Below are positions 1 to 8,646 of a stretch of DNA of 51,779 bases, one piece after another. The stretch lies in contig JAJYMS010000111.1 in assembly GCA_021786825.1 (NCBI GenBank), positions 1 through 51,779 on the forward strand, read 5' to 3'. The translations under genes and the position numbers were made by a program. Numbering within the stretch: the first letter of the stretch is position 1; each line of letters begins with the position of its first letter. The DNA is from Bacillota bacterium. GTDB lineage: Bacteria; Bacillota; Sulfobacillia; JAMDAP01; JAJYMS01. The notes beneath the pieces were generated by a model. It did not search any database and was not told where the DNA came from. It saw only the letters and a program-made list of their open reading frames with translations.

Positions 1-402
1 GACGATACCCTCAAGGTGCGGGGCCTGGAGAACCTGTTCTGCGGGGGAGAGAAGGCGGGCCCGCTGGTCGGCCACACCGAGGCCATCGTCACCGGTACCC
101 TCGCGGGCCACAACGCGGTGCGCTGGGCCCTTGGGGTGGAGCCGCTGGTGCTGCCGCGGACCCTGGCCATCGGCGAGGCCGTCGCCCACGTGGGCGAGCA
201 GGTGCAGACGGTACAGGGGCTGCACAAAAAGTACACTTTCTCCGGCTCGGTCTTCTTCCAGCGGATGCAGCAGTTAGGGCTGTATACCACCGATCGCAAG
301 CTCGTTCGGCGGCGCGTGAAAGAGGCCGGCTTGAGTGGCGTCTATGCCCGGGAGCTGGTCAGCGCCGGCCGCCGCCCGGCGGCTGTGGGGGACTACGACT
401 GA
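1..402 (+). CDS. FAD-dependent oxidoreductase, GidA/TrmFO-like family (3' part, truncated by window start)
   Basis: Frame open from base 1. GLENLFCGGEKAG..GHTEAIVTGTLAGHNA resembles the C-terminal FAD-binding motif of GidA/TrmFO proteins. Confidence 0.7.
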   Translation, partial: DDTLKVRGLENLFCGGEKAGPLVGHTEAIVTGTLAGHNAVRWALGVEPLVLPRTLAIGEAVAHVGEQVQTVQGLHKKYTFSGSVFFQRMQQLGLYTTDRKLVRRRVKEAGLSGVYARELVSAGRRPAAVGDYD

Positions 403-523
403 GCCCAATCGCAGATGTCCGTCACCCGACCACCGATTAGTCACGGGGGTGATGACCTAGACTGGGGGTCATGGGGGTTTCCTGCTTTTGAGAACGAAGC
501 GTAAGCCTAAAAGGAGGATTGGA

Positions 524-1630
524 ATGTTCCGTAAGAGTCTAGCCTTGGTGACGATCGTATTGCTTATGTTCGCGCTGGTGCTGACCGCCTGCGGCAAGAC
601 CGAGACCAAACCGGCTCCGGCTCCGTCCACCCAGCCCGCCGCCTCCGGCTCCGGTTCCGCGGGTGCAGTCACCCCGCTGAACCCTCCGGTTACGGTCAAG
701 GTCGCCTTTGACAACGCCCCCTCGGAGGCGGGGATCATCCTGGGGGACAAGCTAGGCTACTTCAACGATCTGGGGATCAAGATCGATTACGTGAAGTTCA
801 ACTCCGGAGCCGATGAACTGGCCGCCATCGCTTCCGGCAAGGTGGACATCAGCCGCGGCATCATCAACGCCGGCCTGTTCAACGCGGTCGCCCAGGGGAT
901 CGACATCAAACTCGTGGCCGACGGCGGCCACAACGTCCCCGGCAAGAGCTACTTCGAGCTGGCCCTGAAGAAGGGGCTGGGGGCGAGGGTGAAGGACTAC
1001 AAGGACCTCAAGGGACTCAAGATCGCCATTGCTTCCACCGGCTCGATCAACCAGTTGATGCTGGAGAAGGCCCTCGTCAAGGGCGGCCTCACCTCCAAGG
1101 ATGTCAAGCTGGTGGTGGTGGACTCCTTCCCCGACATGTTGACGGCCGTCGCCAATGGCAGCGCGGATGCCACCATGCAGATCGAGCCCCTGATCACCAA
1201 GGGCGTGGACCAGAGCATCCTGGAGTTCTGGAAGGACGCCAGCGAATACGCTCCGGACGAGGAAGTCTCGGTCCTCATGTACAGCCCGCAATTCAGCAAG
1301 AAGACCGACGTCGCCAGCCGGTTCATGGTAGCCTACCTCAAGGGCGTGCGCGCTTACAACGACGCCCTGGTGCAGGGCCATAAGGATCGGGACAAGATCA
1401 TTAACATTCTCACCAAGACCACCTTCGTGGACGACCCGAAGATCTTCGAGAAGATGAACCCGCCCGGGCTTGACCCTGACGGCACGGTGGTGAAAACCGG
1501 CGTCGTTTCCGACCAGGATTGGTACGCCGCGCAGGGGCTGGTCAAGAAGAAGGTGGATGTCGACAAGATGATCGACAACTCCTTTGTCCAGTTCGCGCTG
1601 AAGGCCATTGGCAAGTACCAGAAACCCTGA
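524..1630 (+). CDS. ABC transporter substrate-binding lipoprotein, NitT/TauT/SsuA (NMT1/THI5-like) family
   Basis: RBS AGGAGG before ATG 524; lipobox LTAC; Pro/Ala linker; LGYF..LGI and DLKGLKIAI motifs; permease and ATPase genes follow. Confidence 0.9.
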   Translation: MFRKSLALVTIVLLMFALVLTACGKTETKPAPAPSTQPAASGSGSAGAVTPLNPPVTVKVAFDNAPSEAGIILGDKLGYFNDLGIKIDYVKFNSGADELAAIASGKVDISRGIINAGLFNAVAQGIDIKLVADGGHNVPGKSYFELALKKGLGARVKDYKDLKGLKIAIASTGSINQLMLEKALVKGGLTSKDVKLVVVDSFPDMLTAVANGSADATMQIEPLITKGVDQSILEFWKDASEYAPDEEVSVLMYSPQFSKKTDVASRFMVAYLKGVRAYNDALVQGHKDRDKIINILTKTTFVDDPKIFEKMNPPGLDPDGTVVKTGVVSDQDWYAAQGLVKKKVDVDKMIDNSFVQFALKAIGKYQKP

Positions 1631-1645
1631 TGTCAATGTGAGCCA

Positions 1646-1680
1646 AGCCGGTGGCGGGTGGACCCTGCCCGCCGCCGGCT
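1646..1680 (+). other. Intercistronic stem-loop after the substrate-binding protein gene
   Basis: AGCCGGTGGCGGGT pairs with GCCCGCCGCCGGCT (14 bp including 2 G-U) with no U tract. Typical mRNA-stabilising hairpin in ABC operons. Confidence 0.6.
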
Positions 1681-1707
1681 CCAATCCCTTGGGAGGGAGG
1701 TTACAAT

Positions 1708-2460
1708 TTGGAAGATTCTCGTCGCCGTTGGCTGTCCGTAGCCTCGCCGGTCGGACTGCTGGTGATATGGGAGATCCTGGTCCGCACTCAGATGTTGGAT
1801 TCCCGCTTCTTCCCCGCGCCCACCCGGGTGATGATCTCCTTTTGGGAGATGGCGGTGTCCGGCCAACTCTTCACCGACCTGGGGATCAGCCTGTTGCGGA
1901 TCATCGGCGGATTCTTGCTGGGCGCCATCCCCGGGTTGGTCATCGGGCTGACGATGGGCTTGTTCCCCCTGGTTCGCGCCGCCCTGGAGCCGGTCGTGGC
2001 CGCCACCTATCCGATTCCCAAGCTGGCGCTGATGCCGTTGATCATGCTGATCCTGGGGCTGGGTGAGCTGGAGAAGGTAGTGGTGATAGCCCTGGGAACC
2101 TTCTTCCTGGTGCTGATCAACACCGTGGCCGGGGTGGTGAACCTCGATAAGATCTACCTCGAGGTGGCCAAGAACTTTGGCGCCTCCAAGCGCGACTACT
2201 ACCTGACGGTGGCCTTGCCCGGAGCGATGCCGCTGATCTTCACCGGTCTCAAACTCGGCATGGGGATGGCCCTGCTGCTGATCGTGGCGGCGGAGATGAT
2301 GGGCGCCTCCGCGGGGATCGGCTACCGAATCTGGGAATCCTACTCGATCTTTAATATTCCCGAGATGTTTGTTTCCTTTGTGATCATGTCGGTACTGGGC
2401 TTCCTGTTCACCGTCGGCCTGGATGAACTGGAGCGCCTCGTCATCCCCTGGAAGCACTAG
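1708..2460 (+). CDS. ABC transporter permease, NitT/TauT family
   Basis: GGAGGGAGG then TTG at 1708; YPIPKLALMP; EAA-like loop EVAKNFGAS; VAAEM..G.G. Confidence 0.92.
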   Translation: MEDSRRRWLSVASPVGLLVIWEILVRTQMLDSRFFPAPTRVMISFWEMAVSGQLFTDLGISLLRIIGGFLLGAIPGLVIGLTMGLFPLVRAALEPVVAATYPIPKLALMPLIMLILGLGELEKVVVIALGTFFLVLINTVAGVVNLDKIYLEVAKNFGASKRDYYLTVALPGAMPLIFTGLKLGMGMALLLIVAAEMMGASAGIGYRIWESYSIFNIPEMFVSFVIMSVLGFLFTVGLDELERLVIPWKH

Positions 2461-2472
2461 GAGGCGGATCGC

Positions 2473-3285
2473 ATGTCAGCCCCCGAGATCAAGGTCAGCA
2501 TCGACAAATTGGCCAAGCAGTTCAAGACCCGGCGGGGAACCGTTACCGCGGTGGAAGAGGTATCGTTGCAGGTTCGCGAAGGCGAATTCCTGGTGATCGT
2601 CGGGCCCAGCGGCTGCGGCAAGACCACCCTGATCCGCGTGCTGGCGGGCCTTGAGCAGGCCAGTTCGGGGAAGATGGATCTTGCCCACCGCGACCCGAAG
2701 CGGCCGCTGAACTCAATGATCTTTCAAGAGCAGTCGATCTTCCCCTGGATGACGGTGCGCCAGAACATCGGCTATGGCTTGCGCATGCGCCGGGTGGAGC
2801 CGGCGGTGCGGGATGAGGTAGTGGAGAGGCACATGCGGATGGTCGGCCTGACCAAGTTCGCCGACGCCTTCCCACACCAACTTTCCGGGGGGATGAAGCA
2901 GCGCGTCAGCATCGCCCGCGCCTTCGCCAACGACCCCGAAATCCTTTTCATGGACGAGCCCTTCGCCGCCCTGGACGAGCAGAACAAGATCCTCCTGCAA
3001 CAGGAACTCCTGAAGATTTGGGAGGGCAGCAACAAGACCGTCGTTTACATCACCCACAGCATCGACGAGGCCTTGAACCTGGGTGACCGGGTGATGGTGA
3101 TGACCGCCCACCCGGGCCGGGTTAAGTCGGTGATCGACATCGACCTGCCGCGCCCGCGCTCGATTACCGATGTTCGCGGCAACCCGCGCTTCATGGAGCT
3201 GTTCCAGCAAATCTGGGGCCACCTGCGCGAAGAGGTGCTGCGGGCCAAGCAGGAGGAGGGCTTGGTGCTGGACGGCACCGGGTGA
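2473..3285 (+). CDS. ABC transporter ATP-binding protein, NitT/TauT family
   Basis: Walker A GPSGCGKT, signature LSGGMKQ, MDEPFAALD, ITHSIDEA. Confidence 0.95.
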   Translation: MSAPEIKVSIDKLAKQFKTRRGTVTAVEEVSLQVREGEFLVIVGPSGCGKTTLIRVLAGLEQASSGKMDLAHRDPKRPLNSMIFQEQSIFPWMTVRQNIGYGLRMRRVEPAVRDEVVERHMRMVGLTKFADAFPHQLSGGMKQRVSIARAFANDPEILFMDEPFAALDEQNKILLQQELLKIWEGSNKTVVYITHSIDEALNLGDRVMVMTAHPGRVKSVIDIDLPRPRSITDVRGNPRFMELFQQIWGHLREEVLRAKQEEGLVLDGTG

Positions 3286-3355
3286 CGCAGGTCACGGCGG
3301 GTGTTCTGCGCGTGGGGGTATGCTGATCTCGACTCGATGAGGAGGGATCAGCCGG

Positions 3356-4141
3356 ATGAAACCGGTGCTGCCCCGCGAACATGGCGCCTGGGGAATGCTT
3401 TACACGCCGCTGGCGATGGCCGCGGCCACCCTGGGGTTCGGTCCGCGTGGATTGTCGCTTAGCCTTGCGGCCACCTTTCTTTACCTGGCCCACGAGCCGC
3501 TGGACCGTTTGGTGAACTACCGAACGGCCAACGGTCAGAGCCCGGCGTCGGGCGTTCAGGGCCGGGAAATGAGGAGGTGGCTCTGGCTTTACCTGGGCCT
3601 CGGGCTGCTGGCCGCGCTTCCGCTGCTGGCCGGTCCGGGGGCGGCGGCGCTGCTGGGGGTGGGTTTGGCCACCCTGGCCGTGCTTGCGGCGGTCATGTGG
3701 CTCTCCGGCCACGGCCACCGCTACTCTCTGGGGACCAGGGCTCTCGCGGCGGCGGGGCTGTCGCTCGGCGCTCCGGCTTACGCGGCCGCGCAGACGGGCG
3801 AGCTTCCGCGGGCCGCCTGGATGGTGGCCCTTTACTCCTTCTTCTTCTTTTTAGGCAGCATCTACCGGGTGCGGGTACACATCCGCGCCCAGGGGAAGGA
3901 GGAGTTCCGGGCGACCTCCCTGTGGAGTCACGTCGGGATTCTCACCGCGGCCGCCGCGACCGCGGCCCTGCGATGGGCGCCCGTCCTGGCCCCGCTGTCG
4001 CTGATGCCCGGCCTTCTGCAGGCCCTGGTGTTGTGGCGGCGGGGACCCGACGCCCTCGTCCCGAAAGCTCTGGGGATGCGCGAACTTCGGCTCAACCTGG
4101 CCTTCTTCGGGCTCCTGGCCGCCGCCTACTGGCTCGGCTGA
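3356..4141 (+). CDS. YwiC-like integral membrane protein
   Basis: N-terminal PREHGAWGML motif, multiple TM segments, C-terminal LGMRE; RBS GAGGAGG. Confidence 0.85.
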   Translation: MKPVLPREHGAWGMLYTPLAMAAATLGFGPRGLSLSLAATFLYLAHEPLDRLVNYRTANGQSPASGVQGREMRRWLWLYLGLGLLAALPLLAGPGAAALLGVGLATLAVLAAVMWLSGHGHRYSLGTRALAAAGLSLGAPAYAAAQTGELPRAAWMVALYSFFFFLGSIYRVRVHIRAQGKEEFRATSLWSHVGILTAAAATAALRWAPVLAPLSLMPGLLQALVLWRRGPDALVPKALGMRELRLNLAFFGLLAAAYWLG

Positions 4142-4160
4142 GGCGAGTGGACCCGTTGCG

Positions 4161-4280
4161 GTGGGTGAGCGTTGCCGGGAAATCGACCAGGAGTTTGAAG
4201 AACTTAGGGACCAGTGTGAAGAACTCAATGAGTACGCGGTGTCGGCCAGGTATCCGGGCCTCTGGGAGGAACATCCTACG
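4161..4280 (+). pseudogene. Remnant of a HEPN-domain gene (C-terminal half)
   Basis: CREIDQEFEELRDQCEELNEYAVSARYPG matches the C-terminal part of small HEPN proteins. N-terminal half absent; frame runs into the antisense of DUF362. Confidence 0.65.
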
Positions 4281-4285
4281 GACCG

Positions 4286-5287
4286 TCAAGGAGTTCCTTC
4301 ACCGTCCCGCGTTGCCCGCGCGATGGCCTCGTCGTCCCACCGACCGAAGACCGGGGCCGCCGCCCGCACGAGGTCGCGGTGGCGGAGGTCGATCCCGAAG
4401 AGCTCGGCACAGGCGACGTCCAGCTCCACCGGGTTGGCGTCGCAGGCCACCAGGCCCCGCCCCTCCAGCACGTCGTAGCTCCCCCAGGCCACCCGGTGCC
4501 TGCCGGCCGGATGGTACCAGAGCATCTCATGGAGGGCCTCCGCCAGATCCACCACCGTGAAAAGGCTGCGGTAGACCAGGTTGATGTCGATGATGCTTCG
4601 AGGCAGGTCCCGGTGGTAGCGGTGGCGGTCGGGATCGGGGACGAGGCCAAAGATGTTTTTCAGCGGCGGGCTCCAGGGCCCGTCGCCCGTTTTCGGCAGC
4701 TTTAATTTGGCGAAGTTGAGGAAGGTGGCGTCGCGCCACTCCAGCAGTGCCGCGGGGATGCAGGCATAAAACTCCGGGTGCCGCAGGGGATCCCCGGCGT
4801 CCAGCCCCCCGGCGGCGCCGAAACGGGCCCGAACGGCCGCCCGCACCTCCTGGGCCGGGATTGTCCGCCCGCTCCAGAGCTCCTCGGTGACCGAGAGGTA
4901 GCGCGCCCCGTGGCGATCCAACACCTCCCCCAGGCCGGTGTGCTGCAGGAACCACCGGTCCTGGGCGCGGATCCAGTCGCGGTGGCGGTCAACCTGGCTG
5001 GCGAAGAGCCGCCGGCTCCCATCGTTGCGGGCGTGGCTGTAGCCTTCAACCACCAGTTTCTCTCCCGGTAACGCCGAGAGGAGCAGATCAAGGGTCCGGG
5101 CAGAGGTATAGTACCCCGGCAGCGGGGCGTACCAGTTGACCTTGATGACGAAGCGTTCTCCGCCCGGTTGACCGTCCGGCCGGGTGTCGGTTGGGGGCCG
5201 GAGCACGATTCCCGCCCGGCCCAGGAAATCCCGCAGATCGATCGGCCCCGTCACCCGCCCGAACAGGGGTCCAGCCTGCAACGCCAT
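4286..5287 (-). CDS. DUF362 domain protein
   Basis: VIKVNW, NFAKLK, LKNIFGLVP...RHRYH and NPVELDVACAELFG follow the DUF362 pattern; RBS GGGAGGG. Confidence 0.7.
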   Translation of the reverse strand: MALQAGPLFGRVTGPIDLRDFLGRAGIVLRPPTDTRPDGQPGGERFVIKVNWYAPLPGYYTSARTLDLLLSALPGEKLVVEGYSHARNDGSRRLFASQVDRHRDWIRAQDRWFLQHTGLGEVLDRHGARYLSVTEELWSGRTIPAQEVRAAVRARFGAAGGLDAGDPLRHPEFYACIPAALLEWRDATFLNFAKLKLPKTGDGPWSPPLKNIFGLVPDPDRHRYHRDLPRSIIDINLVYRSLFTVVDLAEALHEMLWYHPAGRHRVAWGSYDVLEGRGLVACDANPVELDVACAELFGIDLRHRDLVRAAAPVFGRWDDEAIARATRDGEGTP

Positions 5288-5318
5288 CCCTCCCGACGAC
5301 CATTGGCACTGACAACCA

Positions 5319-5346
5319 GTTCGCCTGTGGGGGCTCCCAGTCCTGC
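5319..5346 (-). promoter_or_regulatory. SigH-like promoter for the DUF362 gene
   Basis: Minus strand GCAGGA-N18-GAAC versus SigH consensus AGGA-N17/18-GAAT. Confidence 0.4.
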
Positions 5347-5399
5347 CGCCGGTTTGGCCGATCCGTCACCACACTTATGGACTTAGAGCCAATTAAGGA

Positions 5400-5428
5400 T
5401 TGACAGGGACGAGCGGCGGCAGTAATCT
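5400..5428 (+). promoter_or_regulatory. SigA promoter of the marR-efflux operon
   Basis: TTGACA-N17-TAATCT. Confidence 0.7.
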
Positions 5429-5440
5429 CTTCCAAGGTCG

Positions 5441-5476
5441 ATATTTCGAACCCTACATATTAGTACACGAAACAAA
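5441..5476. promoter_or_regulatory. Probable MarR operator
   Basis: AT-rich imperfect palindromes ATATTTCGAACCCTACATAT and ATATTAGTACACGAAAC just downstream of the promoter. Confidence 0.45.
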
Positions 5477-5497
5477 CTGAGTGAGAGGTGAACCGGT

Positions 5498-5974
5498 TTG
5501 ACGCTGGAGGATCGACAAAGGGGAGAGCGGATCGCCACCCATTTGCGCCACATCAGCCGTGCCGCCTATCGCTGGGTGTTGGCCCACGGGGGGAAGCAGG
5601 CTACGACCCTGCCCCAGGCCCACCTCATCGTGCACGTGCTGAGGCAGCCCGGTTTGACCCTGAGGGAGGCCAGCGGCCTGATGGGATTGGCCAACAGCAC
5701 GGTCTCGGGCATCGTCGATCGGCTGGAGCGGGACGGCCTGCTGCGGCGCGAGCCCAACCCTGACGACCGGCGTTCGGTGCGCATCTATCCAACCGAGCGG
5801 ACCGGCCGGCTGAAGATCCAGGTGGTCCAACTGGTGCACGATTACTTCGCCAAACTGCTTTCCAACCTTACTCCCCCGGAGGCGGCCGCGCTCGAGGAGA
5901 CCCTGGCGAAGCTCTCCCGGGCGGCCGAGGCGGGGGCGGGAGAAGGGGGGCGCTCCGCTGGAAGACGCGCTTGA
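5498..5974 (+). CDS. MarR family transcriptional regulator
   Basis: STVSGIVDRLERDGLLRREPNPDDRRSV winged-helix motif; RBS GAGGTG with TTG start. Confidence 0.95.
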   Translation: MTLEDRQRGERIATHLRHISRAAYRWVLAHGGKQATTLPQAHLIVHVLRQPGLTLREASGLMGLANSTVSGIVDRLERDGLLRREPNPDDRRSVRIYPTERTGRLKIQVVQLVHDYFAKLLSNLTPPEAAALEETLAKLSRAAEAGAGEGGRSAGRRA

Positions 5975-7535
5975 ACGCCAACAGCTTGCGGCCGAACCCC
6001 ACCCCGGGCGCTGGGCGGCCATGTTCAGCTTGCTCCTCGGGGTGCTGATGGCCATTCTTGACACCACCGTGGTCAACATCGCCATCCCCAAGATGATGTC
6101 GGTCTTCAACGCCCCGACCGACAAGATCGAATGGGTGCTGACCGGCTACATGCTCACCATCGGTGTGCTGGTGCCGATCACCGGCTTCCTGCAGGACACG
6201 TTTGGTTCGAAGCGGCTGTATCTCTTCGCGCTGACCGTCTTCACCGCCGGTTCCGCCCTTTGCGGCCTGGCCTGGAGCGCCGACGCGATGATCGTCTTTC
6301 GGGTGATGCAGGCGGTCGGCGGCGGTATGATGATGCCGCTGACCATGTCGATGTTCTACCGGCTGATGCCGCCCGAGGAGCGCGGCCTGGCGATGGGCTT
6401 CTGGGGCATTTCGATCATGTTCGCGCCGGCGTTCGGGCCGACCCTGGGCGGTTACATCGTCGAGTACCTGGACTGGCGCCTGATCTTCACCCTCAACATC
6501 CCCCTCGGGTTGATCGGGTGGATCCTCGCCTACCTGCTGATTCCGGAAATGGAGACCAAAAAGGGGCAACGCTTTGACCTGGCGGGGTTCATCTTTTCCT
6601 CCATCGGCTTCTTTACCCTGCTGTACGCCCTCAACGAAGGCACCGCCAAGGGCTGGACCTCCCTGTACATTCTGGCCCTGCTCTTCACCGCGGCTTCCAG
6701 CCTGGTCATTTTCGTGGTGCTGGAGCTGTACCAGGAGGAGCCGATGTTGGACCTGCGGCTCTTCAAGAACGCGACCTTCACCCTGGCGGTGCTGATCGGT
6801 TCAATCGACTCCATCGCCATGTTTTCCGGGGTGTTCCTGGTGCCCCTCTTCTTGCAGACGGTGATGAATCTCTCGCCGATGCAGACGGGAATGCTGCTCT
6901 TTCCCGCGGCGCTGGCGACCGGGATCGTCATGCCGATCAGCGGTAGATTGTTCGACCGCATCGGGGCCCGTCCCCTGGTGGTGGCGGGAATGGCCATGGC
7001 CACCTTCACGACCCTTCACTTTCACCGGTTGAACGTCTGGACGCCGCTCTCCACGGTAATGCTCTGGTACATGTACCGCGGCATCGGCATGGGCATGACG
7101 ATGATGCCGGCGACCACCGCCGGCCTGAATACGGTCGACCTCGCCAAGGTCAGCCGCGCCACCGCCTTGACCAACGCCGTGCGGCAGGTCGCTAGCTCCT
7201 TCGGGATCGCGATCTTCACCACCATCCTGCAGCGGCGGATCATCTTTCACGCGGCGGACTACGCGGCCGGACTCAACGCCCACTCGCCGGTGACCCAGGC
7301 GGCCATGAGCAGGATCGGCCTGCTGGCCGCGCAGGCCGGCTTGCCGTCGGCCGGCAAGGCGCTGACGGCTGTGATGATCGGTGGGGCGGTGCAGAGGCAG
7401 GCGTTTGTCGCGGCCATTGACGACGTCTTTTGGATTGCGGCCTTCTTCACGGTGAGCGGCGCCCTCCTGGGCCTGTTCCTGAAAACGCCCAAGGCCAGCA
7501 ACGGCCGGCGGCCCGCGGCGGCCATGGAAGTCTGA
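5958..7535 (+). CDS. emrB: DHA2 family MFS efflux permease (EmrB/QacA)
   Basis: LDTTVVNIAIP, FGPTLGGYI...WRLIF.LNIPLG, EPMLDLRLFKN. Start placed at CTG 5958; track ATG is 6021. Confidence 0.92.
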   Translation: MEDALERQQLAAEPHPGRWAAMFSLLLGVLMAILDTTVVNIAIPKMMSVFNAPTDKIEWVLTGYMLTIGVLVPITGFLQDTFGSKRLYLFALTVFTAGSALCGLAWSADAMIVFRVMQAVGGGMMMPLTMSMFYRLMPPEERGLAMGFWGISIMFAPAFGPTLGGYIVEYLDWRLIFTLNIPLGLIGWILAYLLIPEMETKKGQRFDLAGFIFSSIGFFTLLYALNEGTAKGWTSLYILALLFTAASSLVIFVVLELYQEEPMLDLRLFKNATFTLAVLIGSIDSIAMFSGVFLVPLFLQTVMNLSPMQTGMLLFPAALATGIVMPISGRLFDRIGARPLVVAGMAMATFTTLHFHRLNVWTPLSTVMLWYMYRGIGMGMTMMPATTAGLNTVDLAKVSRATALTNAVRQVASSFGIAIFTTILQRRIIFHAADYAAGLNAHSPVTQAAMSRIGLLAAQAGLPSAGKALTAVMIGGAVQRQAFVAAIDDVFWIAAFFTVSGALLGLFLKTPKASNGRRPAAAMEV

Positions 7536-7570
7536 CCCTATCCCAGCCATCCGGCAGAAGGAGCGCGAAC

Positions 7571-8623
7571 GTGATGCAGGCAGAGACCAAAACCCGCCGG
7601 TCCCCGGTGCTGATCGTGGCGACCATCGGTGTCATCCTCCTGTTGGCCGCCGTCGCTTACGGTACCTACTACTGGATTCAACACCAGCGCTATTTCGAAA
7701 CCGAGAACGCCAAGGTCGCCGGCGACCTGGTCCAGGTGAGCGCCAAGGCCCCCGGACGCATCGCCTCGGTCAAGGTGACCGACGGGTCGGTGGTGAAGCA
7801 GGGGGACCTGTTGGCCGTGTTGGAGGACGACCTCGCCCAGGCGCAACTGGCCCAGGCCCAGGCGGGATTGGAGCGGGCCCGGGCCGAGCGCGCCCGGGTG
7901 GTGGGCGGCGCCCGGGAGCAGGAGATCAGGCGGCTGGAAGAGGCGGTGGCAGCGGCCGGCGCGCAGCGCGACCTGGCCGGCAAGGCCTTCGAGCACACCC
8001 AGGCGCTGTACCGGCAGGGGGCTGTGGCCCAGTTCCAGTTCGACCAGGCCCAGGCCCAGGACCGGGCTGCCGAGGCCGGGCTCAGCCAGGCTCAGGCCGC
8101 CCTGGACGGGATCAAGGCCGGGGCGAGCGCCAATGACCTGGCGGTCCTGGACGCGGCGGTGAAGCAGGCCGAGGCCGCCGTCAAGCTGGCCCAACTGGCG
8201 GTGGACAGCGCCCGGGTGATCGCTTCGACCGACGGGACGGTGGCCCAGATCAACGTTCACGCGGGCGAAATGGCCGCCCCGGGAGTACCCCTGCTGACTC
8301 TCGTCAATCTGAACAACCTCCGGGTGGAGGCCAACGTCGAGGAAACGGACGTCGCCCGCATCAAGGTGGGCGAGCCGGTGGACGTGTACGTGGACGCCTA
8401 TCCGGGCCGGAGCGTCGCCGGAGAGGTGGCCGAGGTCGGGGTGGCGACCGGTTCCGTCTTCAGCCTGATCCCCCAGGACAACTCCACCGGCAACTTCACC
8501 AAGATCGTTCAACGGGTTCCCGTCCGGATCAAGCTGGCCCAGACCGAGCCAGGCCTGCGCCCGGGAATGTCGGTGCTCGTCCGCGTTCACTTGCAGGGCC
8601 AAAAGGCCGTCTCGGCGAAGTGA
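7571..8623 (+). CDS. emrA: HlyD/EmrA family membrane fusion (adaptor) protein
   Basis: N-terminal TM; lipoyl half-motifs VKQGDLLA and STDGTV; SLIPQDNSTGNFTKIVQRVPVRI. Confidence 0.93.
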   Translation: MMQAETKTRRSPVLIVATIGVILLLAAVAYGTYYWIQHQRYFETENAKVAGDLVQVSAKAPGRIASVKVTDGSVVKQGDLLAVLEDDLAQAQLAQAQAGLERARAERARVVGGAREQEIRRLEEAVAAAGAQRDLAGKAFEHTQALYRQGAVAQFQFDQAQAQDRAAEAGLSQAQAALDGIKAGASANDLAVLDAAVKQAEAAVKLAQLAVDSARVIASTDGTVAQINVHAGEMAAPGVPLLTLVNLNNLRVEANVEETDVARIKVGEPVDVYVDAYPGRSVAGEVAEVGVATGSVFSLIPQDNSTGNFTKIVQRVPVRIKLAQTEPGLRPGMSVLVRVHLQGQKAVSAK

Positions 8624-8646
8624 GGAGTCAAGGGGGAAGTCGAGCG

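Noticed and set aside
403-523. TPP or SAM riboswitch before the NMT1-like binding protein
   Set aside because: Hallmark conserved segments are absent; only generic hairpins are seen.
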